Below, in pieces: positions 57,597-64,000 of a stretch of 64,000 bases of DNA. The first letter of the stretch is position 1, and each line of letters opens with the position of its first letter. Position numbers and translations under genes: made by a program. Source of the DNA: Octopus sinensis (taxonomy: Eukaryota); contig NC_043005.1 in the NCBI RefSeq assembly GCF_006345805.1, positions 74,090,001 to 74,154,000 on the forward strand. The letters are read 5' to 3'. Under the pieces are notes generated by a model. It was not told the DNA's origin. It ran no database searches and saw only the letters and a list, made by a program, of their open reading frames with translations.

Positions 57597-60500
57597 TAAT
57601 AATAATAATAATATTAGGGAGTTTAGCTCCAAACATAGAGGGAAAAATTCAATTTACTATTAAATCAAATATATTTTATTTATTTATGTCTATCACTGTT
57701 TAAGTTGCATAATAGTGGTTTTAACTCTAATTCATATTATATATATATAATCAGTAAAATTTGCAGTACTATATATTTGGAAACTAAAAACAATGATTTT
57801 TTTATGGTTATTTATGACCAAGGATTATTAAAGAAGAAAATAATAACTAACAGAAACGTGCTTTTCATTTTCATATACACACACACACATTGCTTAAGAA
57901 AATCTCAAGAGAGTTGAACAGCAGAAGGTCTTCGGAGAAGGGGCCCATTTCAGCCAAGTGTTTCAGCCCTTGACCTCTTATACACTAAGGGGGCCAGGCC
58001 GCATCCAGATCATAACCCCTGAATGCCCTTCTTCTGATACTTTCAGCCATTTGGATATCAGAGACTTGTACATTTAAACTGCTTGGAGATTTCAAAAAGT
58101 TGGAACTCCTTTCAAACTTATACTTAAATAAGAAATAACATTGGTTGTCATGGTAAATACAAACACACACAAACACACACACACACATAGTATAGAGAGG
58201 GAGCTGAATTAAGGGGCAATGCACAGCTGAATCTTTGATACATAAAATGTAGCTTGAGCCAGAAAGTAAAAGTTGTATGCATAACCATCATTGGAAATTA
58301 TCCTGGGAATGTTTGACCAAGAAATCAAGAGGTTAATAATTCTTGTACAATACAAGAAATATTTAGATTTCTTTAATGAAAGTACTACATTTATTCATGT
58401 ATACTCTTTTTACTCTTTTGCTTGTTTCAGTCATTTGACTGTGGCCATGCTGGAGTACTGCCTTTAGTCGAGCAAATCGACCCCAGGACTTATTCTTTGT
58501 AAGCCTAGTACTTATTCTATCGGTCTCTTTTGCCAAACCGCTAAGTTATGGTGATGTAAACACACCAGCATCAGTTGTCAAGCAATGATAGGGGGACAAA
58601 CACAGACACACAACCATATAGACACACATATATATACATATATACGATGGGCTTCTTTCAGTTTCCGTCTACCAAATCCACTCACAAGGCTTTGGTTGGC
58701 CCGAGGCTATAGTAGAAGACACTTGCCCAAGGTGCCACGCAGTGGGACTGAACCCAGAACCATGTGGTTCATAAGCAAGCTACTTACCATGCAGCCACTC
58801 CTACGCCTATTCATGTATATTGCACATTTTTTCCCAAATTTTTAACCCCCAAAATATGAGAAAGCCAAATTTTACTAATATTTTCACAACCATATTTGGG
58901 ATAGCATGTTACATTCATTGTACAAGTTGACAGGTGTGTAATAAAGAAATTTAAATCATTATAATAATGTTACATATTTGTATGATATTCTTAATACATT
59001 AAATATTCATTGTATTTCCTGTATCCCTGTAAGATTATATGACATTGTTTTTTTTATTATTTTTTACTGTCTTAATAACAGATTAAAACGATTCAGAGAT
59101 ATAATGTAAAACCAAAAACAGAAACAAATGATAAAATGAACTTGATTTCTGTTTATATGCCATCCTGTACATCTTCTTTATGTTTATACTCTTTTACTCT
59201 TTTATTTGTTTCAGTCATTTGACTGTGGCCATGCTGGAGCACCACCTTTAGTCGAGCAAATCGACCTCTAATACTTATTCTATCAGTCTCTTTTGCCGAA
59301 CCACTAAGTTACGGCAATGTAAACACATCAAGTGATGTTGGGGGTACAAACAGACACACATACATATATAAGACGGGCTTCTTTCAGTTTCCGTCTATCA
59401 AATCCACTCACAAGGCTTTGGTCGGCCCAAGGTTTTAGTGGAAGACACTTGCCCAAGGTGCCTCGCAGTGGGACTGAACTCGGAACCATGTGGTTGGTAA
59501 GCAAGCTACTTACCACACAGCCACTCCTACGCCTATAGCTACTTACCACACAGGCCACACACTTTGTATTTCAGTAATCTACTACACAAAAAGCATTCCA
59601 ATTATGACCACTCAATTTAATATGTCTTTAATCATTTATTTTTTATTTGTTTCAGTCATTAGTCTGCTGGGCCACTACATTGTAGAATTTTAGCTCAATG
59701 AATTGAGCCCAGAACTAATTTTTTTTTTGTGTGTGTGTGTGTGTGTAAGCCAGATGAGTTGATGGCATTTGTAATAAGACAGTTGTACCACTGTTTAGAC
59801 TTGCTATATTTTATTTGCTACTCTTTACTTGTTTCAGTCACTAGACTATGGCCATGCTGGAGCATCACCTTAAAGAATTTTTTTAGTTGAATGAATTCAC
59901 CCAGTAGTTATTTTTTAAACCTGGCACACCTTCTATTGAGGTCTTTTGCCAACCCACTAAGTTCTGGGTGACATAGATACATCACCACCACACAAACACA
60001 CACACACACACAAACACACACAGACATACACATACATAGATATCATCATCATCATCATCATCATCGTAATCATCATTTAACACCTGTTTTCCCTGCTAGC
60101 ATGGGTTAGACAGTTTGACCAGAGCTGGTAAGCCAGAGAGCTGCACCAGGCTCCAGTTGTTTATTTTGGCTTAGTTTCTATGGCAGGATGCTCTTCCTAA
60201 TGCCAACCACTTTACAGAATGCACCGAGTGTCTTATGTGTCACTAACATGGGTGCCTTTTTATCTCTATGCCTTATAGATGTATGAGTCCTCACACACAC
60301 ACACACACACATATGACGGCTTCTTTCAGTTTCTATCTACCAAATCCACCAACAGGGTTTTGGTTAGCCTGAGGCTACAGTAGAAGACACTTGCCCAAGG
60401 TGCCACACAGTGGGACTGAACTCTGAACCATGTAGTTAAAAAACAAGCGTCTTACAACACAGTCACACCTGAGCATAAATCTATATATAGATTTATCCAT

Positions 60501-62295
60501 GAACATTATTAGGTTCAATGAAGGTGCTCTCTAGCACCTTCGTCTTTATCTAATATCATTTTAGTTGCTATATTTAAAAGACATAAAACTTGTCAGCCTG
60601 CCTCCTGGTCTCTGTGGATAAAATAGAAAAGGCATTGCTCTGGAGGACTTTGTTTCCTTATGTGTTTGATAGGACTGAAAAACAGGCTCAACCTTGTCAT
60701 TTAACCTGCAAGAATTAGCAACCAAATTACCCTCAAATCACACTATGTTGTCTTTAAAAAAAGAAGCCACTTTGAAAATTTAGTTCTAGAGAGACTTTAT
60801 CTGAAAGAAAACAATGGAAAGGATAGCTAGAATATTTTTGCACAACAACAAAGTCAAATTTGAAAAATATCATAAAAATAAAACTCAATAAACAATGGAA
60901 AACAACTCACAGACTCTTCTTTATTCTGGTCCACAGCAGCCCATTCTTCATTATCTTTAGTCTTAATAAAAACTGCATATTTCTTGGCATTTGTTACAAG
61001 CTTTTGGCTAAGTACTTCAACAAGTGGTTCGTCATCTGTAGCCACAATGACAATAAGTATAGGATGCAACACTAAGTCAACTGGAACGGCCCAACCAGGT
61101 CTGTTAATTCTAGCATCAGAAGCTATGCCTACTTCAGTTGGGTAGCCTTGTATTCGCTCATCAGGTATCAAAAGTGGATCCATAGATGACATCCAATCCA
61201 CAACAATACATTCTACAATGAAAATGTAATACATTATCACAAATTTCAGAATAATAGGTACAGATAATAAATGGTAAAGTCATTTTCAGGATGTTGTTCA
61301 ATCAATTTAACGGTGATCAAATGTTCATATATTATCTCTAACATTGTATTGTGTTTTTAATAGACATTTAACCCTTTCACATTTAAACCAGCCATACCAG
61401 GCGTAGGAGTGGTTGTGTGGTAAGTAGCTTGCTTATGAACCAATCTTATGGCATCTAAACTTTTCCTACTAGTTTCATCTCAGAAAAGAAATTGAACTTG
61501 TAACTGTACACTAGCAAAATACTCATCAATTTATACAGTGCTCACACTGTCTACAGTTGCATATTACACCATCCTGTGGTACATATTTATAGTTCAACAT
61601 TGTTAGACTGGGAATTAATCTTTCAGCATTCCGATTACTCTGTCTAATGTAATGCTTATTAATTTTCATTGTTTTGAATTACTCATGAATTATCTTGCCT
61701 TAATATGTCCTATACCACTGTCACATAAAATTTTGCCGAGGTCGACTTTGCCTTTCATCGTTTTGGGGTCAATTAAATAAGTACCAGTTTCGCACTGGGG
61801 TCGATATAATCGACTTAATCCGTTTGTCTGTCCTTGTTTGTCCTCTCTGTGTTTAGCCCCTTGTGGGTAGTAAAGAAATAGGTATAGGACATATTTAACT
61901 TACTTAAATAAGCACCCACTACACTCACTGAGTGGTTGGCATTAGGAAGGGCATCCAGCTGTAGAAACACTGCCAGACCAGACTGGAGCCTGGTGCAGCC
62001 TCCTGACTTCCCAGACCCCAGTAGAACCGTCCAACCTGTGCTAGCACGGAAAACGGATGTTAAACGATGATGATGATGATGATGATGAAATAAAATCTGA
62101 ATTGAGGAAAAAAGAATTCAAACCTTCAGGTGTAGTTGATGGTACTGATGGGTATGTTTGCATGGAGGGAGATATTGTCGTTTGTGTTCCGTTTAATGTG
62201 ACAAAGGTTGTTGGTGTTGTTACATATGGTGATGTGGTAGTTATTGGTACACACTCAGGACAACATTTTCCAGCAGGAGTCATGAGTTCCAAACC
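284..62295 (-). CDS. Multi-exon gene (partial, 30 exons in window): giant Cys-rich mucin/SCO-spondin/hemolectin-like protein with TIL, vWC, LDLa, discoidin-like and PTS modules
   Basis: 30 AG/GT-bounded exons with compatible phases. They sum to 3912 nt (3913 = 1304 codons + 1 nt if the 1-nt gap in exon 8824-9031 is repaired). Recurrent CC..C vWC ends, W...C..C.C vWC starts, TIL Cys spacing and a DC.DGSDE LDLa motif. The family assignment comes from motif recognition, not a database search. Confidence 0.92.
1825..1968 (-). CDS. Exon 29 (phase 1-1): TIL/EGF-like, [12 protein letters not shown]...[14 protein letters not shown]
   Basis: Acceptor cttttcag, donor gtgagt; 144 nt. Confidence 0.92.
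2300..2573 (+). mobile_element. Retroposon 3' end with (GAT)n tail (family D)
   Basis: ...gctagcacggaaaacggacattaaacgatgatgat; other copies at about 23665-23850, 34255-34380, 45070-45260, 54598-54810, 60045-60250 and 61900-62086. Confidence 0.8.
3266..3301 (-). CDS. Exon 28 (phase 1-1): Thr-rich mini-exon [11 protein letters not shown]
   Basis: Acceptor ttttgcag, donor gtaagg; 36 nt. Confidence 0.85.
3378..3609 (-). mobile_element. tRNA-derived SINE family A with 40-bp target-site duplication
   Basis: Head ggcagcgagctggcag..., gttctgagttcaaattcc box, tail taaagaaataag; many other copies (e.g. about 6320-6535, 10242-10460, 24206-24437, 48340-48560, 56077-56290, 62975-63177). Confidence 0.88.
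4964..5129. mobile_element. hAT-like MITE
   Basis: Imperfect TIRs cagggccagccctagg / ccttaagccaaccctg; TSD unclear. Confidence 0.5.
5341..5398 (-). CDS. Exon 27 (phase 0-1): [19 protein letters not shown]
   Basis: Acceptor aattcag, donor gtttgt; 58 nt. Confidence 0.9.
6912..7028 (-). CDS. Exon 26 (phase 0-0): vWC N-terminal half, [18 protein letters not shown]...ICKP
   Basis: Acceptor tttgttag, donor gtgagt; 117 nt. Confidence 0.92.
8824..9031 (-). CDS. Exon 25 (phase 1-0): TIL domain with a 1-nt frameshift at an A6 run (8971-8976)
   Basis: Acceptor cttacag, donor gttagt. Length is 208 nt where 209 is needed. The first frame reads [19 protein letters not shown]; the -1 frame continues [11 protein letters not shown]...CCECGH...GNIRK. 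Confidence 0.85.
11102..11107 (-). CDS. Exon 24: candidate 6-nt microexon CTACTA (phase 1-1)
   Basis: actttattttcattttatttcag|CTACTA|gtaagtatc. Confidence 0.65.
13507..13734. mobile_element. piggyBac-type MITE (family F; TTAA-CCC ends) nested in a mariner-type MITE
   Basis: ttaaccctttcg...aaagggttaa; other copies at about 19125-19345 and 40291-40523. Confidence 0.85.
15345..15350 (-). CDS. Exon 23: candidate 6-nt microexon ATAACA (phase 1-1)
   Basis: ttttcctctttctttcatttcag|ATAACA|gtaagtatc: strong acceptor and consensus donor only 6 nt apart. Confidence 0.65.
16054..16131 (-). CDS. Exon 22 (phase 1-1): LDLa-like 6-Cys module, [25 protein letters not shown]
   Basis: Acceptor gattacag, donor gttagt; 78 nt. 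Confidence 0.88.
17825..17945 (+). mobile_element. Possible Penelope-like retroelement ORF N-terminal fragment
   Basis: [28 protein letters not shown] resembles the SLKNIPIP...Y...LI motif I recall from PLE ORFs; cut off by an adjacent SINE. Confidence 0.45.
18930..19077 (-). CDS. Exon 21 (phase 0-1): complete vWC domain, [15 protein letters not shown]...GKCCPYC
   Basis: Acceptor gttttag, donor gtaaat; 148 nt. Confidence 0.93.
19443..19563 (-). CDS. Exon 20 (phase 2-0): PTS linker [14 protein letters not shown]... + CNGGC...C
   Basis: Acceptor ctttacag, donor gtaagt; 121 nt. Confidence 0.9.
19637..19865. mobile_element. piggyBac-type MITE, family E
   Basis: ttaaccctttagcatt...aatgctaatgggttaa; other copies at about 7420-7622, 39650-39866 and 39926-40153. 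Confidence 0.82.
20566..20666 (-). CDS. Exon 19 (phase 0-2): truncated vWC-like, [33 protein letters not shown]
   Basis: Acceptor tttcttag, donor gtaaga; 101 nt. Confidence 0.9.
20950..21760 (-). mobile_element. RTE-type LINE 3' fragments (two diverged tandem copies of the same segment)
   Basis: [13 protein letters not shown]...[10 protein letters not shown]; segment near 21150-21250 recurs near 21400-21510, and 21330-21370 recurs near 21605-21650. Confidence 0.75.
21829..22039. mobile_element. Mariner-type MITE (TA ends, about 30-bp TIRs)
   Basis: tacaagggggcactgaaaagttcctggcttt ... aaagccaggaactttttggcacccctcata; other copies at 13319-13763 and about 47800-48005. Confidence 0.8.
22176..22453 (+). 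repeat. Compound microsatellite: (GAA)n of about 79 units with a few interruptions, then (AAT)n
   Basis: Direct reading. Confidence 0.97.
23379..23608 (-). CDS. Exon 18 (phase 1-0): TIL-like domain, [10 protein letters not shown]...GCECPEGY...CFLNGQRYP
   Basis: Acceptor cttttacag, donor gtaagt; 230 nt, open frame checked codon by codon; not in the ORF track (no ATG). Confidence 0.92.
23849..24181 (+). repeat. 130-bp tandem repeat, about 2.5 copies, extending a family D element
   Basis: aggctggcaac recurs at 23881, 24011 and 24141. Confidence 0.9.
24206..24437 (-). mobile_element. SINE family A with 19-bp TSD
   Basis: ttatttatttacagtttcc at 24187-24205 and 24438-24456. Confidence 0.9.
26094..26154 (-). 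CDS. Exon 17 (phase 0-1): [20 protein letters not shown]
   Basis: Acceptor catttag, donor gtaagt; 61 nt. Confidence 0.9.
27050..27891 (+). repeat. Direct repeat pair (27050-27155 and 27785-27891) flanking exon 16
   Basis: First 67 nt identical; the remainder differs at a few positions. Confidence 0.92.
27472..27696 (-). CDS. Exon 16 (phase 0-0): extended vWC-like N-terminal part, [14 protein letters not shown]...CSLCKN
   Basis: Acceptor ctttacag, donor gtaagt; 225 nt. Confidence 0.92.
29690..30255. repeat. Long degenerate (TA/CATA)n low-complexity tract
   Basis: Direct reading; similar tracts at 22920-23360, 24665-24930, 43000-43278 and 43660-43950. Confidence 0.95.
30735..30934 (-). CDS. 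Exon 15 (phase 1-0): TIL domain, [10 protein letters not shown]...[15 protein letters not shown]...GILRK
   Basis: Acceptor atttcag, donor gtagct (weak); 200 nt. Confidence 0.9.
31100..31412 (-). mobile_element. RTE-type LINE ORF 3' end fragment
   Basis: [15 protein letters not shown]...[20 protein letters not shown]...[13 protein letters not shown]. Confidence 0.75.
31569..31839. repeat. Inverted repeat with 110-bp arms and 50-nt spacer, carrying the hammerhead
   Basis: 31569-31678 versus reverse complement of 31729-31839: 2 substitutions and 1 indel. Confidence 0.95.
31703..31796 (+). ncRNA. Minimal type I hammerhead ribozyme (Penelope-like element type)
   Basis: CTGATGA 31714-31720; stem II GAAGA/TCTTC; GAAA 31774-31777; stem III C-ATGT-G; GTC cleavage triplet 31783-31785; stem I ccctttctttc/gagagtaaagg. 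Confidence 0.75.
32475..32803 (-). mobile_element. Mariner transposon 5' fragment (TIR + N-terminal HTH)
   Basis: TIR-like tacatggtctgatcaataagtatc ending at 32803; [25 protein letters not shown]. Confidence 0.8.
33406..33471 (+). ncRNA. Degenerate hammerhead ribozyme motif within a probable Penelope-like fragment (about 33388-33765)
   Basis: Stem I ataacg/cgttat; core CCGATGA; stem II ggaaatcaaac/gtttgtgatcc; GAAAC-ATGT-GTT. Confidence 0.55.
35618..35656 (-). CDS. Exon 14 (phase 1-1): Thr-rich mini-exon [12 protein letters not shown]
   Basis: Acceptor tattatag, donor gtaagt; 39 nt, frame-neutral. Confidence 0.8.
38136..38187 (-). CDS. Exon 13 (phase 0-1): [17 protein letters not shown]
   Basis: Acceptor tttaacag, donor gtgagt; 52 nt. 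Confidence 0.9.
38565..38880 (-). mobile_element. CR1/L2/Jockey-group LINE ORF2 3' end fragment
   Basis: [23 protein letters not shown]...FKWSLDRFL...DKP, typical of the C-terminus of this group; exact clade uncertain. Confidence 0.65.
39926..40153. mobile_element. piggyBac-type MITE, family E (reverse orientation)
   Basis: ttaactcttta...gaagggttaa; a sister copy lies immediately upstream. Confidence 0.78.
40291..40523. mobile_element. piggyBac-type MITE, family F
   Basis: ttaaccctttc...gaaagggttaa; internal sequence matches 13507-13734. Confidence 0.85.
40559..40701 (-). CDS. Exon 12 (phase 1-0): [12 protein letters not shown] + vWC-like N-terminal half
   Basis: Acceptor tttcaatag, donor gtaagt; 143 nt. 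Confidence 0.9.
41103..41330. mobile_element. Foldback/MITE-like element with 106-bp inverted arms and 16-nt spacer
   Basis: Arms 41103-41208 and 41225-41330 differ at 7 positions; the element begins and ends with TA. Confidence 0.85.
42558..42717 (-). CDS. Exon 11 (phase 0-1): end of second discoidin-like domain ([11 protein letters not shown]...YIC)
   Basis: Acceptor atttcag; donor gtgtgt is weak, so the 3' boundary is less certain; 160 nt. Confidence 0.8.
43279..43660 (+). mobile_element. tRNA-derived SINE family C, full length
   Basis: A box tggcccagtggtt, B-box-like ggttttgattccc; other copies at 35872-36230, 32099-32398, about 47429-47640 and 62390-62705. Confidence 0.9.
44642..45009 (-). 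CDS. Exon 10 (phase 1-0): Cys cluster + second, highly divergent discoidin-like domain (N-terminal part)
   Basis: Acceptor acttttag, donor gtaagt; 368 nt. Confidence 0.88.
46979..47036 (-). CDS. Exon 9 (phase 0-1): [19 protein letters not shown]
   Basis: Acceptor atttcag, donor gtaagt; 58 nt. Confidence 0.9.
48110..48208 (-). CDS. Exon 8 (phase 0-0): vWC N-terminal half, [33 protein letters not shown]
   Basis: Acceptor ctcttcag, donor gtgagt; 99 nt. Confidence 0.93.
50450..51155. mobile_element. hAT-like MITE with duplicated right end
   Basis: Left end agtgtttctcaacc; right-end sequence at 50636-50695 and again at 51088-51155 (gttgagaaccattg). Confidence 0.55.
50727..50862. repeat. Foldback hairpin (61-bp arms, 14-nt loop) made from the (GAT)n-tailed retroposon family
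   Basis: 50727-50787 versus 50802-50862: 58/61 complementary. Confidence 0.92.
51208..51395 (-). CDS. Exon 7 (phase 1-0): PTS linker + LDLa repeat (CPSGTFPC...[16 protein letters not shown])
   Basis: Acceptor gttttcag, donor gtaagc; 188 nt. Confidence 0.93.
52342..52390 (-). CDS. Exon 6 (phase 0-1): [16 protein letters not shown]
   Basis: Acceptor tttcttag, donor gtaagt; 49 nt. Confidence 0.9.
52845..53890 (+). mobile_element. Degenerate 5'-truncated RTE-clade LINE (reverse transcriptase and C-terminal region)
   Basis: Frameshifted RT motifs: [66 protein letters not shown]. Confidence 0.88.
54235..54324 (-). CDS. Exon 5 (phase 0-0): vWC-like N-terminal half, [30 protein letters not shown]
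   Basis: Acceptor tttattcag, donor gtgagt; 90 nt; absent from the ORF track (too short). Confidence 0.88.
55642..55735 (+). repeat. 19-bp minisatellite (aaagtaccagacaatgatg), about 5 copies
   Basis: Direct reading. Confidence 0.85.
55885..55991 (-). CDS. Exon 4 (phase 1-0): TIL C-terminal half, [26 protein letters not shown]...
   Basis: Acceptor ttttcag, donor gtgaga; 107 nt. Confidence 0.9.
57101..57398 (-). CDS. Exon 3 (phase 0-1): end of discoidin-like domain (YFTG...LNGC), PTS linker, start of TIL
   Basis: Acceptor ttttgcag, donor gtattg; 298 nt. Confidence 0.9.
58402..58807 (-). mobile_element. tRNA-derived SINE family B (CORE-like centre, internal TA/CA tract, agagtaaa tail) with 12-bp TSD
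   Basis: Head ggcgtaggagtggctg; ggcaccttgggcaagtgtcttct core; TSD tattcatgtata; other copies at about 4279-4632, 12205-12555, 17951-18394, 37597-37997 and 59187-59533. Confidence 0.9.
60911..61212 (-). CDS. Exon 2 (phase 1-0): discoidin/F5/8C-like domain, N-terminal part
   Basis: Acceptor cattgtag, donor gtgagt; 302 nt; ECIVVDW...[11 protein letters not shown]...EEWAAV. Confidence 0.88.
62124..62295 (-). CDS. Exon 1 in window (phase 0-1): vWC C-terminal half + PTS linker, [24 protein letters not shown]...
   Basis: Acceptor tttacag, donor gtttga; 172 nt. Confidence 0.88.
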
Positions 62296-64000
62296 CTGTA
62301 AATAAAGTAGGAAACTGCTTTTAATCCAAAGATTAAAAAACCTAAAACAATAAATATCTTGGAAAGCTATCATAACATGATAATACTTGTGAATGCTGAC
62401 CTAGATAACGTTGTTGCTGTTGAGCGAACAGTCTTCGTTCCAGAGCTTGCAAGATGGGAGAAGTCCAAAACGAGGTCCTTTGCTATTCGTAAGACCCGCA
62501 GAAGAGAAAGCAGGTCAACCCCCGACACCGAGAACATCGACGGATGGATGAATGCACATCCAGGCTCAGCGGTTGCATAAGAAGTCGGGGACAAGAAACA
62601 GGAGGAAAGAGTGAGAGAAAGTTGGGGCAAAAGAGTACAACAGGGGTCACCACCACCCCCTGCTGGGAATCGAAACCGCGATCCTCCGACCGTGAGTCCA
62701 CTGCTGTTGCAGTTTTTTTCCCGGTCAGCCCTGATTGAACAGACCCATGGTCAAAAACCTGAAAACCATAACTCATAACCATTCAAATATATTTTATGAT
62801 GTACCTAAGACTAAATTATTTTGGTTACACATGCTTTCACAAAATATAAGTTAAGGGACATTCTGCTGCTATTTTTAGCAAGTTATGCAACTATATAGTG
62901 GATCCTTCTTTAGTTACAATATTGTACTGTTCCACTTGGTAAAAGCATGCTTCTTCTTTTCTTTTCTACTCTAGGCACAAGGCCCGAAATTTTGGTGGAG
63001 GGGGGCCAGTCAATTAGATCAACCCTAGTACACAACTGGTATTTAATTTATCAACCCCAAAAGGATGAAAAGCAAAGTCGCCCATGGCAGAATTTGAACT
63101 CAGAACGTAAAGACAAATGAAATACCGCTAAGTATTTCACCCGACATGCTAACATTTCTGCTAGCTTGCCACCTTAAAAGCATGCTTCATCTGAGACAAA
63201 AATTAAAAATCTATGTCATTGCTCAATCTGTTAGAAATAACAACCAAATCTCTTGCAAGTGACACCATACCACCTTTAAAAAAAAAGGAAGGACACACAC
63301 CCGAAAAATAGGAATAATATAGTCATGGATATGTATGGAATAATGTGTACATGGATATACCAAAAATATGGAATGTTCTCAACTGGAATACCTCTGTTCA
63401 TTCCGAAGGTGCATGGTTTAGTATTTAGAATATTTGGCTTGCAGTCGTAATGTCATGAGTTACATTCCCATCAGTGTGTTCTGTCCTTGAGCATGACACT
63501 TTATTTCATGTTACTCCAGTTTACTCAGCTGGCAAAATGAGTTTTACATGTACTTCAAAGGGCCACCCTTGTCACATTCTATGTCTCACTGAATCTTCCT
63601 GAGAACTACATAAAAGGTGCACATATCTGTGGAGTGCAGCACTTTGGGCAAGTGTCTTCTACAATAGCCCCAAATTGATTAATATTTTTGAGTAAATTTG
63701 GTTGATGGAAACTGTGAAGAAGCCCATTATATATATATGTATATGGAGAGAGGCTGGCATGAGACTGCTGGCAATGGAAAGCTCTGGTAGACCTGGTCAG
63801 CTTTACACGTGGTGATGTCTTTGGGATCACTGACCTGGGATGACCCCAGTTCCATCAAGTAAGAGCATGAAGCAAGCAAACAGTGTTGGCTCATTTGCAT
63901 CATCCCTGTAACTTAGCAGTTTGACAAAAGAAACTGACAGAATAAGTACCAGACTTATAAACAAGTACTAAGCGTCAATTTATTCAACCAAACTCTTCAA

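Overview
AT-rich, microsatellite- and SINE-dense animal genomic DNA. The repeat repertoire resembles octopus/coleoid cephalopod, but the species is an inference. The whole window lies inside one large minus-strand gene; no start or stop codon is present. I traced 30 GT-AG exons by hand, from 62295 down to 284 (3912 coding nt, about 1300 aa). All splice phases chain correctly except for a 1-nt deficit in one exon. The protein is a secreted-type mosaic of TIL-like, vWC-like, LDLa-like and two divergent discoidin (F5/8C)-like modules separated by Pro/Thr/Ser linkers, as in gel-forming mucin / SCO-spondin / hemolectin-like proteins; no vWD domain is seen in the window. Main points of interest: (1) two candidate 6-nt microexons that together would build an N-glycosylation sequon; (2) a frameshift sitting on an in-frame A_AAA_AAG slippery heptamer inside a TIL exon; (3) a hammerhead ribozyme with an intact catalytic core inside a 110-bp inverted repeat, plus a degenerate relative; (4) two further long foldback hairpins; (5) an in-frame exon bracketed by a near-identical direct repeat. 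Introns contain tRNA-derived SINEs, piggyBac/mariner/hAT-type MITEs, and RTE, CR1-like, mariner and Penelope-like fragments. All alignments and foldings were done by eye.
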